From positions 1 through 17,695 of IMG/VR virus record IMGVR_UViG_2778261667_000007: a DNA stretch of 17,695 nt. One strand, given 5' to 3'. The position numbers and the translations under genes were made by a program. Below, piece by piece: positions 7,384 to 16,401 of the stretch. The notes under the pieces were generated by a model. It was given only the letters and a program-made list of their open reading frames with translations, did not search any database and was not told the origin of the DNA. The stretch is from a virus. Taxonomy: Duplodnaviria > Heunggongvirae > Uroviricota > Caudoviricetes. How positions within the stretch are numbered: position 1 is the stretch's first letter; every line of letters begins with the position of its first letter.

Positions 7384-7571
7384 TGCTCATTGGTACAGGT
7401 TTTTATGCTAACACCGTAATAATATTTTTAAAGCCCTGTGGGCTTTTCCGCCGTTCCTCCCCGCCAGCACTGGGCGAGGGTTCTCGGCGGTTTTCGCTGA
7501 AAATAACATTCTCCATACCCTCTCAACCGTACCGCATAGCGGAATTTTTACGGTTTAGAGGGGGAAATCCT

Positions 7572-10500
7572 TTGGACAAACTACTTCATTCAATCAGTGA
7601 AGCCTCCAGCTTAGGCGAACTGATTGAGATTGTTAGTCGGTTGCATAAATTACGTGCTGTTGCGACCTTTGGTGTCAGGAAAGCCGATGGCGTCAGTATT
7701 CAGAAAACACGCCGGGCAGCAAACAACGCCGCAGTAAATCTTCTTAATTCCCTTCCTCCCGGTTTCGATGGGGCGAAATTAACTGACGAACAACGTCAGA
7801 TTCTTGCCGGGTATACCGGTGAAGGCGGCCTGACAGATGGTGAGGGCAGCCAATACGAATACTACACGCCACAGTTTATGGCTGAAGGTATATGGGATCT
7901 GTTTGCTGACTACGGTATTGATGGCGGGCACGTACTGGAACCATCAGCGGGCACAGGTATTTTCCAGGAGACAAAACGGCAGGGCATGATAATGACCAGC
8001 GCCGAACTGTCTCCGATTTCCGGTCGAATAAACCAGCTTTTGCACCCGGAAGACGATGTGAATATCGGGGCGTTTGAGGCGCTGGCGGCGAAAGACGCAA
8101 TGTATGATCACGCTGTTGGTAACGTACCGTTTGGTGAAGGGCGTTCCGGTGTCGCCGGGCTTGATCCGGCATATGCAAACGAGAAGAACGTTGGCAATTA
8201 CTTTGTGTTGCGCACGATCGACAAGGTTAAGCCTGGTGGACTAATTGTATTGGTGGTGCCGAATGGCATGACCGATGGTACGAAATACAAAAAATTGCGC
8301 GATAAAGTCAGCCGTAAAGCGGAATTTTTGGGCGCACATCGTATGCCTTCTGGTACGTTCAGCGAATCTGGTACAGATACCGTGGTGGACGTATGGGTAT
8401 TGCGTAAACACCCGGAAACCTTCCTGGAGATGATCCCCGACACGGATGATGCAATGCTCAAATCGGCAAACGTCCTTTGGGATACCTTCCTCAAAGGGAA
8501 ATGGTTTACAACCGAAGGGAAGCGATTTGTTTACGGCGACATGGAACGCACCAGCTTCCGCAATACCCTGGTGGTGAAAAAGGACGGTCGTGTATCCAAT
8601 GAGTCGATGAAAACCGCGTTATCACGCCGCTTTGAAAGCCGTATTAATTGGGATTTGCTCGGAGTAACTACCCAGGCATGGCAGGGCGCAAAAGTAGGGG
8701 ATAAGCGTCTTGTAGGCGGTATCTGGCATGAGTTTGATGGCCTGAAATGGGTTAAGGACACGACAACCGAATCCTCCGCGCTTGATGTAAGTCGATATGG
8801 TGTTTCGACGTTTGGCGATCTGCAGATCGCGTTCCAGTCAACAAACGGGATTCTGGCTTTGTCATGGGACCAGATATCGGCGATCGCGTCCGACTATCCA
8901 TCGGTTGTCAGTGATGAAGTGGCAGCAATGATTCGCTTTGCTGGCAAACAGCGAGAAAAAGACAGGGAGCGCGTTATGCGCGGTGCGTTGATAGGGCAGT
9001 TGATCAACAAGGCACTTGATTTGCGTAACCTGGGGGTGAACGTTGATGACAAACTGGCAGATGCATCCCGCCTGGCGGCAGCAGAAGTTGCGAAGTATGG
9101 ACCACCGCACGCGATTAAGCTGAATGGGCTTGCAGAAGCTGGAGCTAAAAACTGGATGACGTTCACTGGCAACGTGAAACAGGATGGTTCCACTTCTGAC
9201 CTTCTGGCAGGGCGACTTGATGTAACGGATGGTGCTGCCGGTATTGACTTTACACGTCCTGAACAAGTGATAGCACATCTTTTCAGTGATGTAGCCCTTA
9301 ATCCTATAACGCTGGGCGACTTTCGTGAGGCGTTTGCTGGTGAACTGCCAGAGGACGACGACGCGGCCCTTGAATACCTGGCGAAATTTGATGATATCGC
9401 TATTGATGGGTATGGCTGCCTGCTGCTGATGGACCGCGCCACCAGCGGCGATATTGCAACCAAAACAGCATTGCTGATGGGCTGGCGTGATGCGTCAACA
9501 GGTGAGCAGAAATCGAACTTTGAGCGTCAGTTGGCGAAAATCGAAGAGAAACGCATTTTCACGCCACTAAATAAAGTCACCGTTAATCTGAATGCCCGCT
9601 GGCTGGATCGCCGTTTGATAAAAGAGTTCCTGGCAGAGCAGGGCTATGACGAGTTTAAGTACACTGAACCTGATCTGAAGGTCGTCGATGGCATTCTGGT
9701 ATCTCCGGACGATTACGAAGGTAAGGACGGTGTATTTACCGGCTATCAGCTACGAACCGTAAACGGCAAAAACGGGAATGAGTTCAAGAAGGCCAACAAT
9801 AAAGACGGCTTCCTGAACCAGTTAGAAAACTACCTGAACGGCGTCAAACCGCGCGGGCAGAACGCTAACGAGTACCTGGATAAGATTGCTCAACTTGAAG
9901 TTAGCTTTAACGACTGGTTACGCACCCACCCGCAGGCTGATCAGATAGCCCGTGACTATAACGACGCATTCAATGGCTTCATTCCGTTCACGCACTCTAA
10001 CGCACCGCTTGGCCTGGAAGGGATTAGTGGAAAGCGCATTCCTCTGACTTATCAGAATGAAGAAGTTCGGCGCTTGTCAGAAGATGGGCGCGGCATCATG
10101 GGATTTGGTACCGGGCTGGGTAAAACCACGACCGCGCTTGCGCTTGAGGCGTATAACTTCGAAACAGGTCGCACTAAACGCACGTGTATTGTTGTTCCGA
10201 AGGCGGTTTATCAGAACTGGTATCACGAGGCACAGAGCTTCTACAGTGCTGATGCCTTCGCCAATATGATGTTTATCGGTCTGGATGAAGTTCGTGATGA
10301 AGACGGCAATATTCTGACCGCGCCGGTGCTTGATGAAAATGGCGAACCCCGCCTGGACAGTAACGGGCAGCCTCTTACCCGCAATGTGGTGAAAGAATCC
10401 GCCAGCGCAGTTATCGTTCAGCGCATGAACATGATCCCGTCGTCAAATTGGCGAACGGTCATCATGACGAAAGAGCAATTCGCGTCTATCCCGCTACGAG

Positions 10501-13500
10501 AAGAAACCATTGAGGAAAACTCACAGCAAGCTGTCTTTAATGCTGTGGAAATGGGGCGTCTTGACCTGGCGTCCGGTAAACACCGTGACGCGCAGAAGAA
10601 GAACAAGATTAAGGATCAGGCAGCAAATACCGGTACAACGAAGAAGCAGAATATCCCGTACTTTGAGGATATGAACTTCGATAGCGTGATTGCCGACGAG
10701 GGGCATAACTACCGAAACTCCTTTAATGCCGGGCGTGAAGCGGGACAACTGGCATATTTGCCTAACCCGGCAGTATCCAAGATGGCCCGCGACATGGCTG
10801 TAAAAGCTGCGTACATGATGAAACGCAACAACGGGCGCGGTGTAGTCATGCTGACGGCAACTCCGCTGGTGAACAGTCCGATTGATGCCTTCAACATGCT
10901 GTCTACTGTCATTCCGCAGGAAGAGTGGATGCGCATGGGCATCATTACGCCTGATGATTTCGTTCGTGTGTTTGGCAAAACAGCAACAGTTCAGGTTCAG
11001 AAAATTTCCGGTGAGGTGGAAGAGAAGCAGGGGCTGGTGGGCTTCCAGAACCTGGACGGTCTGCGTGGTATTTTCCATCGCTGGACTACTCTGAAGAATG
11101 CTGCGGACGTCGGGGCGACGGTTAAAATCCCCGACATCATCGAGAACACCTTGCAGATCCCGATGACAGGGGAGCAGGAGACTGCTTATGAAGAACTTCG
11201 TAAGCGTGCTCAGGAGTTAAGTCGCAATGATGAGCTGACAGTCGATGAAAACGGGCATATCACTAACGACAAACCGGATGATTTCATCTTCTCCATCATC
11301 CGTGACATGGATAAGGTTGCTATAGACCCGGATCTGTATGCCAGTGCGATTACATTCCAGTTCCCCGTTGAGCTTGCAGACCAGGTAAAAGCTATTGCTG
11401 ATGCCTTGCCAAAAGTAGCTGGCGGTAAAGTGGCAGATGATGCAGACGAGGTCGAAGAAGATGGCGCTGGTGGGCTGGTCAGTACGCGTACCAGCAAGGT
11501 AGTGAAGACCACCTTTAGTGAACATCCGGCGCATGTTGAAATACGCGCCAGCATTGAACTGGAAACTGAAATACTGAAGGCCATTGCGGCTGCCGGTATT
11601 GATATGCAGCAGGTATCGCACCCCATCCCGCCGAAGTATGCCGCGCTGATCGAAAATCTTCGTGAAGGTCTGAAGAACGGTAAGCAGATCGTCTTTATTG
11701 ATGAAAAAGCCCAGCACCAGAAGCTGCGCCGTATTATCGCCAGTGCACTGCAAATGCCGGAGCAGGAGATAGGCATTATCAATGCGACGACCGTTAGCCA
11801 GGCTGGTGGCATCAAGCTGAAGAAGGTGAATAAGCCGACTGAACCTACTCTGAATAAAAACGGTGAATACAAAGAAGGGGCATGGGAAACCTACTACAGC
11901 AAACTTGCCCAATATGAGGATTATCTCTCAGCTAAAAATGATGCTGGCCTTGAGGGTATGGAAGGCATTGCCGCCGACTATAACGAAGGTCGCACGCGCA
12001 TCATTATCTGTAACAAGAAGGCTGAAGTAGGTATTAACCTGCATATCGGGACAACCGATATCCACCACCTGACACTACCCTGGACACCAGCCAGTATCGA
12101 CCAACGAAATGGGCGCGGTGCGCGCGTAGGTTCACCGCAAGAGAAGGTCAATGTTCACTACTACTGTGGCAAAGGCACATTTGATGATTTCCGCCTGGAT
12201 ACGCTGAAACGCAAGAAAGACTGGATCAAGATGGTGATGACCTCCGACATGTCAGAGATCGCCAATGGTGATGCGGATGATGCAGATGAACGCGCCATTA
12301 TGCTGGCAGCAAATCCGGAAGAGCGCCGCGCAATCATGGCCCGTCAGGCGCAAGAGCGTGAAGAACGCCTTAAACTGAAAGCGCAGCGCGAGGCCGGTAA
12401 TGCTCTTGATAACTACCTGAAAGCGGCTAATGCTGCCGGGAAAGATATCGGCATGATGGAGACAGAGCTGAAAAGCGCGATGGAGCAGGTAGAGCATTAC
12501 CAGCGCAATCTTGACGACCTGATAAAAGCGGGGACGAACAGGAACGGGCAAAAATATGTTCTAGAACAGTTGCGAGACTACAGAAAACGCGCGCGGGAGC
12601 TGCGGTTTGCTATCACCAGAGCAAAAGACGCTGATACCGTTATGAAACGCTCTCGCGGTGATCTGGAACGAGCCATTAAAGCCGGTATTCTGGAGCTTGA
12701 TGCCGATGTATTACAAAACCCACAGGAATATGTGCGAACTGAGAAAAATATCTTGTTGCACAAGGGCAGCCATTATCGAGCGATCATCGATGAGAATCAC
12801 AACACAACAGCAATTGTTCGTGTGACAGACATTGATGCGGAAAGAGGCGGATGTACTTGCCGCATATCCTGGCTGGATGTGGCTAGTCGTTACTCTCGCT
12901 CCCCCGGGACAGCATTGTATTTACCCTTTAACTTGATAATTGAAGCTGTATCTTTTGAAGAAGGAGTTGCTGAATCGCGTGAAACAGCCGCACGCGGTGT
13001 TCAGAGTCACCAATTATCAACAACACTTACTCGCGCTCAGTTCTATGATGCCATTCGAAATGGAGTCATGAAGGTTACCACCGGCAAGCCTGGTTTGGCA
13101 TGGGGCGGTGGGCAAGCGATTAAATACTGGGCCTATCGCACCGACGATGGTCAGATCGCTCTGTCAACGGCCTATGATGGCGTGATAGGCCAAAAAATCG
13201 GGCGAGCATCGGATATAGCACCTGAACGATGGATATATCCAGATGGCAACGATGAGGCGCTGAAGCGTGAAGTGGCAAAAATACAAGCCAGTGATAACCC
13301 GCTGAATATCGTGGACGGTGAGGGATTCCTCCAGGCATTGTATGGATATGATTACATCCAGGGAATGCAGGCATGGGGAGCGCAAGCCACAATGGATGAT
13401 GTTACCCAGGAATTTGAAAACTGGATGGCAGGGCGTGGTCTTTCTGGTCGTTCGCTTAACAAAGTCACGTCTGAAGATATTCTTAGCCTGTTCCGAAAAC

Positions 13501-14411
13501 CGTCCGGAGAAGGTCTGGAATTATTCTGGAAGACCGTGGTGGCATACCGTTTATTCCGGGGCAGGATGAAAGCCTTTAGCAACACTGATGACATTGAACG
13601 GATGTTTAATCAGGTGAAGGTCGCGAAAATTACGGCGAAAATCGAGAAGACACGAGCTGCGCTGGTGGCCTGGCGCGATGCATTGTTTGAGCAATATAAA
13701 TCACTCAGTGATGCAGATGGATGGGCTGCACTGGAACAGTTGGCGAATAATGGGGTAGATGGAGCGAAACTCGCCATTGTTCAGGCTGATAACCCTCTGG
13801 AATCACCGGCAGCACAATGGATTAAGGTGGGGGCTGTCATCAATGCATTTGATGAGAAACACATTAGTAAAGACGATTTTGCTGATGCTGTTTCTATTAA
13901 TCGCCTGGTAGAAATGGCTACCCGCCGCGCCCGTGAGTTGAAAGACGGTGACTATGTGAATGAGTTGCCGGATGCGCTCAAATCAGCAACGTGGCAAGAC
14001 TATGTATCGCTGAAAAACGGCGGTGCTACCGAATCAGAGATCGCTAAAAGACTTGAGCAGGTTGAAAGCAAAAGAGAAGAGCAGGCGGCAGTGGCTGACG
14101 CCAGAGCTGATGAAGCGGCGAATGATGACTATATCATTGTGGTTAATGATAAGCCGATTCGCGCTAAGGCGCGTGTTCGCGGGCGCTGGTGGAGCGTCAG
14201 CGAGGACGTCGGTGCGGTTTATCTCATTGCCGACCAACCTGGTTCCTCGACAATACGGAACGCCAAAGACGCGATTAAGAAGATTGGCGGGCGTTTCTGG
14301 AATTTTGAAGTAAACCCGGTTGCTGATGTGAACTTTGACCGTCCGGCATGGATGGTATCTACGCGTTACTCGGTAGATGAACTGCGTAAAATAATCGCCG
14401 ATGCGGCCTAA
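7572..14411 (+). CDS. Giant N6-adenine methyltransferase / SF2 helicase fusion (2279 aa), DarB-like antirestriction protein
   Basis: MTase motif I EPSAGTGIF (nt ~7938-7964) and motif IV NVPFGEG (~8121-8141); helicase Walker A GFGTGLGKTT (~10101-10130), DExH VIADEGHNY (~10692-10706), motif III TATP, motif VI QRNGRGARVG (~12103-12132); coiled coil and a ~600-aa C-terminal extension. TTG start at 7572 with SD agaggggg 8 nt upstream. Size and domain order resemble phage P1 DarB (recalled, not searched). Confidence 0.7.
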   Translation: MDKLLHSISEASSLGELIEIVSRLHKLRAVATFGVRKADGVSIQKTRRAANNAAVNLLNSLPPGFDGAKLTDEQRQILAGYTGEGGLTDGEGSQYEYYTPQFMAEGIWDLFADYGIDGGHVLEPSAGTGIFQETKRQGMIMTSAELSPISGRINQLLHPEDDVNIGAFEALAAKDAMYDHAVGNVPFGEGRSGVAGLDPAYANEKNVGNYFVLRTIDKVKPGGLIVLVVPNGMTDGTKYKKLRDKVSRKAEFLGAHRMPSGTFSESGTDTVVDVWVLRKHPETFLEMIPDTDDAMLKSANVLWDTFLKGKWFTTEGKRFVYGDMERTSFRNTLVVKKDGRVSNESMKTALSRRFESRINWDLLGVTTQAWQGAKVGDKRLVGGIWHEFDGLKWVKDTTTESSALDVSRYGVSTFGDLQIAFQSTNGILALSWDQISAIASDYPSVVSDEVAAMIRFAGKQREKDRERVMRGALIGQLINKALDLRNLGVNVDDKLADASRLAAAEVAKYGPPHAIKLNGLAEAGAKNWMTFTGNVKQDGSTSDLLAGRLDVTDGAAGIDFTRPEQVIAHLFSDVALNPITLGDFREAFAGELPEDDDAALEYLAKFDDIAIDGYGCLLLMDRATSGDIATKTALLMGWRDASTGEQKSNFERQLAKIEEKRIFTPLNKVTVNLNARWLDRRLIKEFLAEQGYDEFKYTEPDLKVVDGILVSPDDYEGKDGVFTGYQLRTVNGKNGNEFKKANNKDGFLNQLENYLNGVKPRGQNANEYLDKIAQLEVSFNDWLRTHPQADQIARDYNDAFNGFIPFTHSNAPLGLEGISGKRIPLTYQNEEVRRLSEDGRGIMGFGTGLGKTTTALALEAYNFETGRTKRTCIVVPKAVYQNWYHEAQSFYSADAFANMMFIGLDEVRDEDGNILTAPVLDENGEPRLDSNGQPLTRNVVKESASAVIVQRMNMIPSSNWRTVIMTKEQFASIPLREETIEENSQQAVFNAVEMGRLDLASGKHRDAQKKNKIKDQAANTGTTKKQNIPYFEDMNFDSVIADEGHNYRNSFNAGREAGQLAYLPNPAVSKMARDMAVKAAYMMKRNNGRGVVMLTATPLVNSPIDAFNMLSTVIPQEEWMRMGIITPDDFVRVFGKTATVQVQKISGEVEEKQGLVGFQNLDGLRGIFHRWTTLKNAADVGATVKIPDIIENTLQIPMTGEQETAYEELRKRAQELSRNDELTVDENGHITNDKPDDFIFSIIRDMDKVAIDPDLYASAITFQFPVELADQVKAIADALPKVAGGKVADDADEVEEDGAGGLVSTRTSKVVKTTFSEHPAHVEIRASIELETEILKAIAAAGIDMQQVSHPIPPKYAALIENLREGLKNGKQIVFIDEKAQHQKLRRIIASALQMPEQEIGIINATTVSQAGGIKLKKVNKPTEPTLNKNGEYKEGAWETYYSKLAQYEDYLSAKNDAGLEGMEGIAADYNEGRTRIIICNKKAEVGINLHIGTTDIHHLTLPWTPASIDQRNGRGARVGSPQEKVNVHYYCGKGTFDDFRLDTLKRKKDWIKMVMTSDMSEIANGDADDADERAIMLAANPEERRAIMARQAQEREERLKLKAQREAGNALDNYLKAANAAGKDIGMMETELKSAMEQVEHYQRNLDDLIKAGTNRNGQKYVLEQLRDYRKRARELRFAITRAKDADTVMKRSRGDLERAIKAGILELDADVLQNPQEYVRTEKNILLHKGSHYRAIIDENHNTTAIVRVTDIDAERGGCTCRISWLDVASRYSRSPGTALYLPFNLIIEAVSFEEGVAESRETAARGVQSHQLSTTLTRAQFYDAIRNGVMKVTTGKPGLAWGGGQAIKYWAYRTDDGQIALSTAYDGVIGQKIGRASDIAPERWIYPDGNDEALKREVAKIQASDNPLNIVDGEGFLQALYGYDYIQGMQAWGAQATMDDVTQEFENWMAGRGLSGRSLNKVTSEDILSLFRKPSGEGLELFWKTVVAYRLFRGRMKAFSNTDDIERMFNQVKVAKITAKIEKTRAALVAWRDALFEQYKSLSDADGWAALEQLANNGVDGAKLAIVQADNPLESPAAQWIKVGAVINAFDEKHISKDDFADAVSINRLVEMATRRARELKDGDYVNELPDALKSATWQDYVSLKNGGATESEIAKRLEQVESKREEQAAVADARADEAANDDYIIVVNDKPIRAKARVRGRWWSVSEDVGAVYLIADQPGSSTIRNAKDAIKKIGGRFWNFEVNPVADVNFDRPAWMVSTRYSVDELRKIIADAA

Positions 14412-14447
14412 CAGATAAGGAGCGGCCCCAACCGGGGCCGAATTTGA

Positions 14448-14882
14448 ATGACGACATTAATTGACACTGTAAAACCGACGGAATCCTACCTTGAGGACAT
14501 TTTGCCGCAGGCGCTCAATGGCAGGAGTGAAGAGGCGTTTCTGGATGCATATCTGAATGGCATGGTGGAAAGGCTGAAACGAGATCCACAGCTTTATCAC
14601 CTCTATGGGCCGTGGTGGCCTGCGCTTAAAACGTTATTGCTGGAGCGCGGCGACATATCATTTGGACAAGTTGTAGATAGTGATGTGGCAGAGATCTACA
14701 AAATGAGTCGCCCGGCGCTTACGGTTTTAGCCGGGCATCTGTATTCGAGCGAGCGCCTGGAAAATGACGCGGTATACAATCCCGTTCATGCTCTGGAAGT
14801 TGCACCTTATGCTGATGATACAGAGCCATACGTATACACAAGTTACGATGAGTCCATAGAGAAGTATCGAATCATGGGGTAG
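14448..14882 (+). CDS. Hypothetical acidic protein (144 aa)
   Basis: ATG 14448; 24 acidic versus 12 basic residues. Sits immediately downstream of the DarB-like gene, with a GC-rich hairpin (14423-14440) between an SD (aaggag, 14417-14422) and the ATG. Confidence 0.6.
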   Translation: MTTLIDTVKPTESYLEDILPQALNGRSEEAFLDAYLNGMVERLKRDPQLYHLYGPWWPALKTLLLERGDISFGQVVDSDVAEIYKMSRPALTVLAGHLYSSERLENDAVYNPVHALEVAPYADDTEPYVYTSYDESIEKYRIMG

Positions 14883-14884
14883 CC

Positions 14885-15145
14885 ATGCGAAAGAACCGTA
14901 AGTTTACGCTCGAAGACCTGAAGGAATATTCCACATCGAAGGGGTATGTCCTTGAGTTCCACCGTTACAAGAAGGTTTTTACACTGCGAAAAGCAGAAAA
15001 ACCTGCGGCCTGGAGCTGGGTATACTTCCCTCATACAGAAGACAAACTGGTAGAGCTTGTTGACGATTTAACCTACGAAGGTTGGTTGTTCGCAATCGAC
15101 AGGACAATCAGAGAAATATCCGAACCGGATAAAATAAACCTTTAA
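14885..15145 (+). CDS. Hypothetical protein (86 aa)
   Basis: ATG 14885, 2 nt after the upstream stop, so likely translationally coupled; no recognisable motif. Confidence 0.5.
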   Translation: MRKNRKFTLEDLKEYSTSKGYVLEFHRYKKVFTLRKAEKPAAWSWVYFPHTEDKLVELVDDLTYEGWLFAIDRTIREISEPDKINL

Positions 15146-15281
15146 AAATAACAAGTTGGGTAAATGCCATGCGATTTGCCCTCCTTGTTGATTAAGGTCA
15201 CTCTTTACTCTAAAAGCAAATCCGACCTGTTGCATATAGCCCATCCTTGAGTAGTATCTCTCTTGTTTTACAAATCTAACG

Positions 15282-15776
15282 TTGTTGTTATTATTTCGCT
15301 TATTTACTATCAATGGGTGTGTTAGAAAAATAGCGCGAAAAAGAAGGCGTCGCAGTGAATATTCTGAAACATCCCCACATGCCGCAGCTCTCAGTGAACT
15401 GGAGAAAAACCCAGATCTAATCAAAAGGAACCATGAGCATTACGAGCAGGTTCGCGTCCTGGATTGGCTGTATCGCAATATGCGCTATGTGTATGAGCAT
15501 ACACACGCCACTCCCAACGGTGGTCTGCGAGGCATAAGGACGGCAATAAAGATGGTGGCAGAAGGCCAAAAGAAAGGATATCCCGATCTTTCTATAGACC
15601 TTGCTTGCGGGGGATACCACGGAATGCGCATTGAGATGAAACATGGGAGAAATCGCCTGACTCCCGAACAACTCGTCTGGATGACTCGCCTCACTGAAGC
15701 AGGCTACTACTGCTTTGAGGCGCGTAGTGCCGCTGAAGCCATAAAAGCTATCACGGAATATGTTTGTCTTGATTAA
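15282..15776 (+). CDS. VRR-NUC domain nuclease (PD-(D/E)xK); start uncertain, possible frameshift
   Basis: VRR-NUC signature HEHYEQVRVLDWL ... HATPNGG ... KKGYPDLSIDL ... RIEMKHGRNRLTPEQLVWMTRLTEAGYY. No in-frame ATG/GTG upstream of the domain; the only in-frame start is TTG at 15282 without an SD, giving an Arg-rich N-terminal extension. A GTG with good SD (aagaagg) at 15355 is in the +1 frame and stops at 15418-15420. Confidence 0.55.
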   Translation: MLLLFRLFTINGCVRKIARKRRRRSEYSETSPHAAALSELEKNPDLIKRNHEHYEQVRVLDWLYRNMRYVYEHTHATPNGGLRGIRTAIKMVAEGQKKGYPDLSIDLACGGYHGMRIEMKHGRNRLTPEQLVWMTRLTEAGYYCFEARSAAEAIKAITEYVCLD

Positions 15777-15790
15777 ACGGAGAAATCGTT

Positions 15791-15991
15791 TTGCGTTTAC
15801 TTAACGTGGCTGAACTTATCCCTGCTGGTGCTAACGTTGTTGCTCGCCGTCGCTCATGGCAGCAACCATTGTGTATTGAGTTGTTGAAACACAGCAATGG
15901 AACAATAGAGGCTCGGAATATTGTCACTGGTGATAAGGTTCACATAACTCCGGAAAGTACAGGCGCTGATGATTGGGAGTTTGTACATTGA
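15791..15991 (+). CDS. Hypothetical small protein (66 aa)
   Basis: TTG start at 15791 with SD ggag 9 nt upstream; follows the VRR-NUC stop by 14 nt. Confidence 0.45.
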   Translation: MRLLNVAELIPAGANVVARRRSWQQPLCIELLKHSNGTIEARNIVTGDKVHITPESTGADDWEFVH

Positions 15992-16287
15992 GAAAAAAAT
16001 ATTATGTGAACCTGGCGTTTGCGGATGACGCCGGGAGGACGCGGAGCATTACGCTCAACACTGCTCGTAAGGTGGTAACAGCGCCGTTAATCCGGGAAGC
16101 TCTCAGGGAACTGGATATGGGGGAGAACTCGACCCTTTTGTCGGTTAGTTGGTTAGGAAAAATGTCAGAGAAAGAATACGTAGACGGTGTCACACCAATA
16201 ACGGCAATAAGGCTAATTTCATTGCTGCAATGGGCTATCGTACCTGTATGCATTGCGTATTTGATCTACAAGACCATGACTCAATAA
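15988..16287 (+). CDS. Small membrane protein (about 99 aa from TTG 15988; ORF track start 15973), single C-terminal transmembrane helix
   Basis: Hydrophobic C-terminus ITAIRLISLLQWAIVPVCIAYLIY. TTG 15988 has SD gggag 9 nt upstream and overlaps the upstream stop (TTGA). Followed directly by a terminator. Confidence 0.5.
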   Translation: MRKKYYVNLAFADDAGRTRSITLNTARKVVTAPLIREALRELDMGENSTLLSVSWLGKMSEKEYVDGVTPITAIRLISLLQWAIVPVCIAYLIYKTMTQ

Positions 16288-16294
16288 CTGCTCA

Positions 16295-16322
16295 AAAACC
16301 CGCCGATTAGCGGGTTTTTTGT
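16295..16322 (+). terminator. Rho-independent terminator
   Basis: aaaa-cccgc-cgatta-gcggg-tttttt: 5-bp GC stem, 6-nt loop, six-T run (16315-16320). Confidence 0.85.
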
Positions 16323-16361
16323 TTATCACATCTTTCGATCCTGTTCTCATGCTAATAAAAT

Positions 16362-16394
16362 ATGTTAGAAAACTAATTTTCCAAAATTAACAGG
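16362..16394 (+). promoter_or_regulatory. Recurrent motif copy 3: ATGTTAGAAAACTAATTTTCCAAAATTAACAGG, immediately upstream of the 402-aa gene
   Basis: Contains the perfect palindrome AATTTTCCAAAATT and outer inverted arms TGTTA / TAACA; ends 8 nt before ATG 16402 (SD agga). Confidence 0.45.
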
Positions 16395-16401
16395 AACAGC
16401 A

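Larger units (their letters stand above)
6100..7470 (-). mobile_element. IS200/IS605-family insertion sequence, tnpB-only (IS1341-type), non-autonomous; boundaries approximate
   Basis: A single TnpB ORF with no tnpA. Subterminal hairpin upstream of tnpB (aaagccc-tgt-gggcttt, 7430-7446) and a structured right end downstream of the stop (ggggagta ... tactcccc 8-bp long-range stem enclosing gacg-gtagtat-cgtc, 6134-6181). Confidence 0.55.

Noticed and set aside
8894-9463. Antisense ORFs inside the giant gene (8894-9463, 10521-11078, 11210-11912, minus strand, up to 231 aa)
   Set aside because: They lie wholly antisense within a coding region with clear MTase and helicase motifs on the plus strand, have low-complexity Ser/Ala/Cys-rich translations and no RBS. 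Typical spurious reverse-frame ORFs.
14423-14440. Hairpin after the giant gene as a Rho-independent terminator
   Set aside because: Strong GC stem but followed by gaattt rather than a U-tract, and the next gene starts 8 nt later; more likely an RNA stability or RBS-structuring element (reported as a finding instead).
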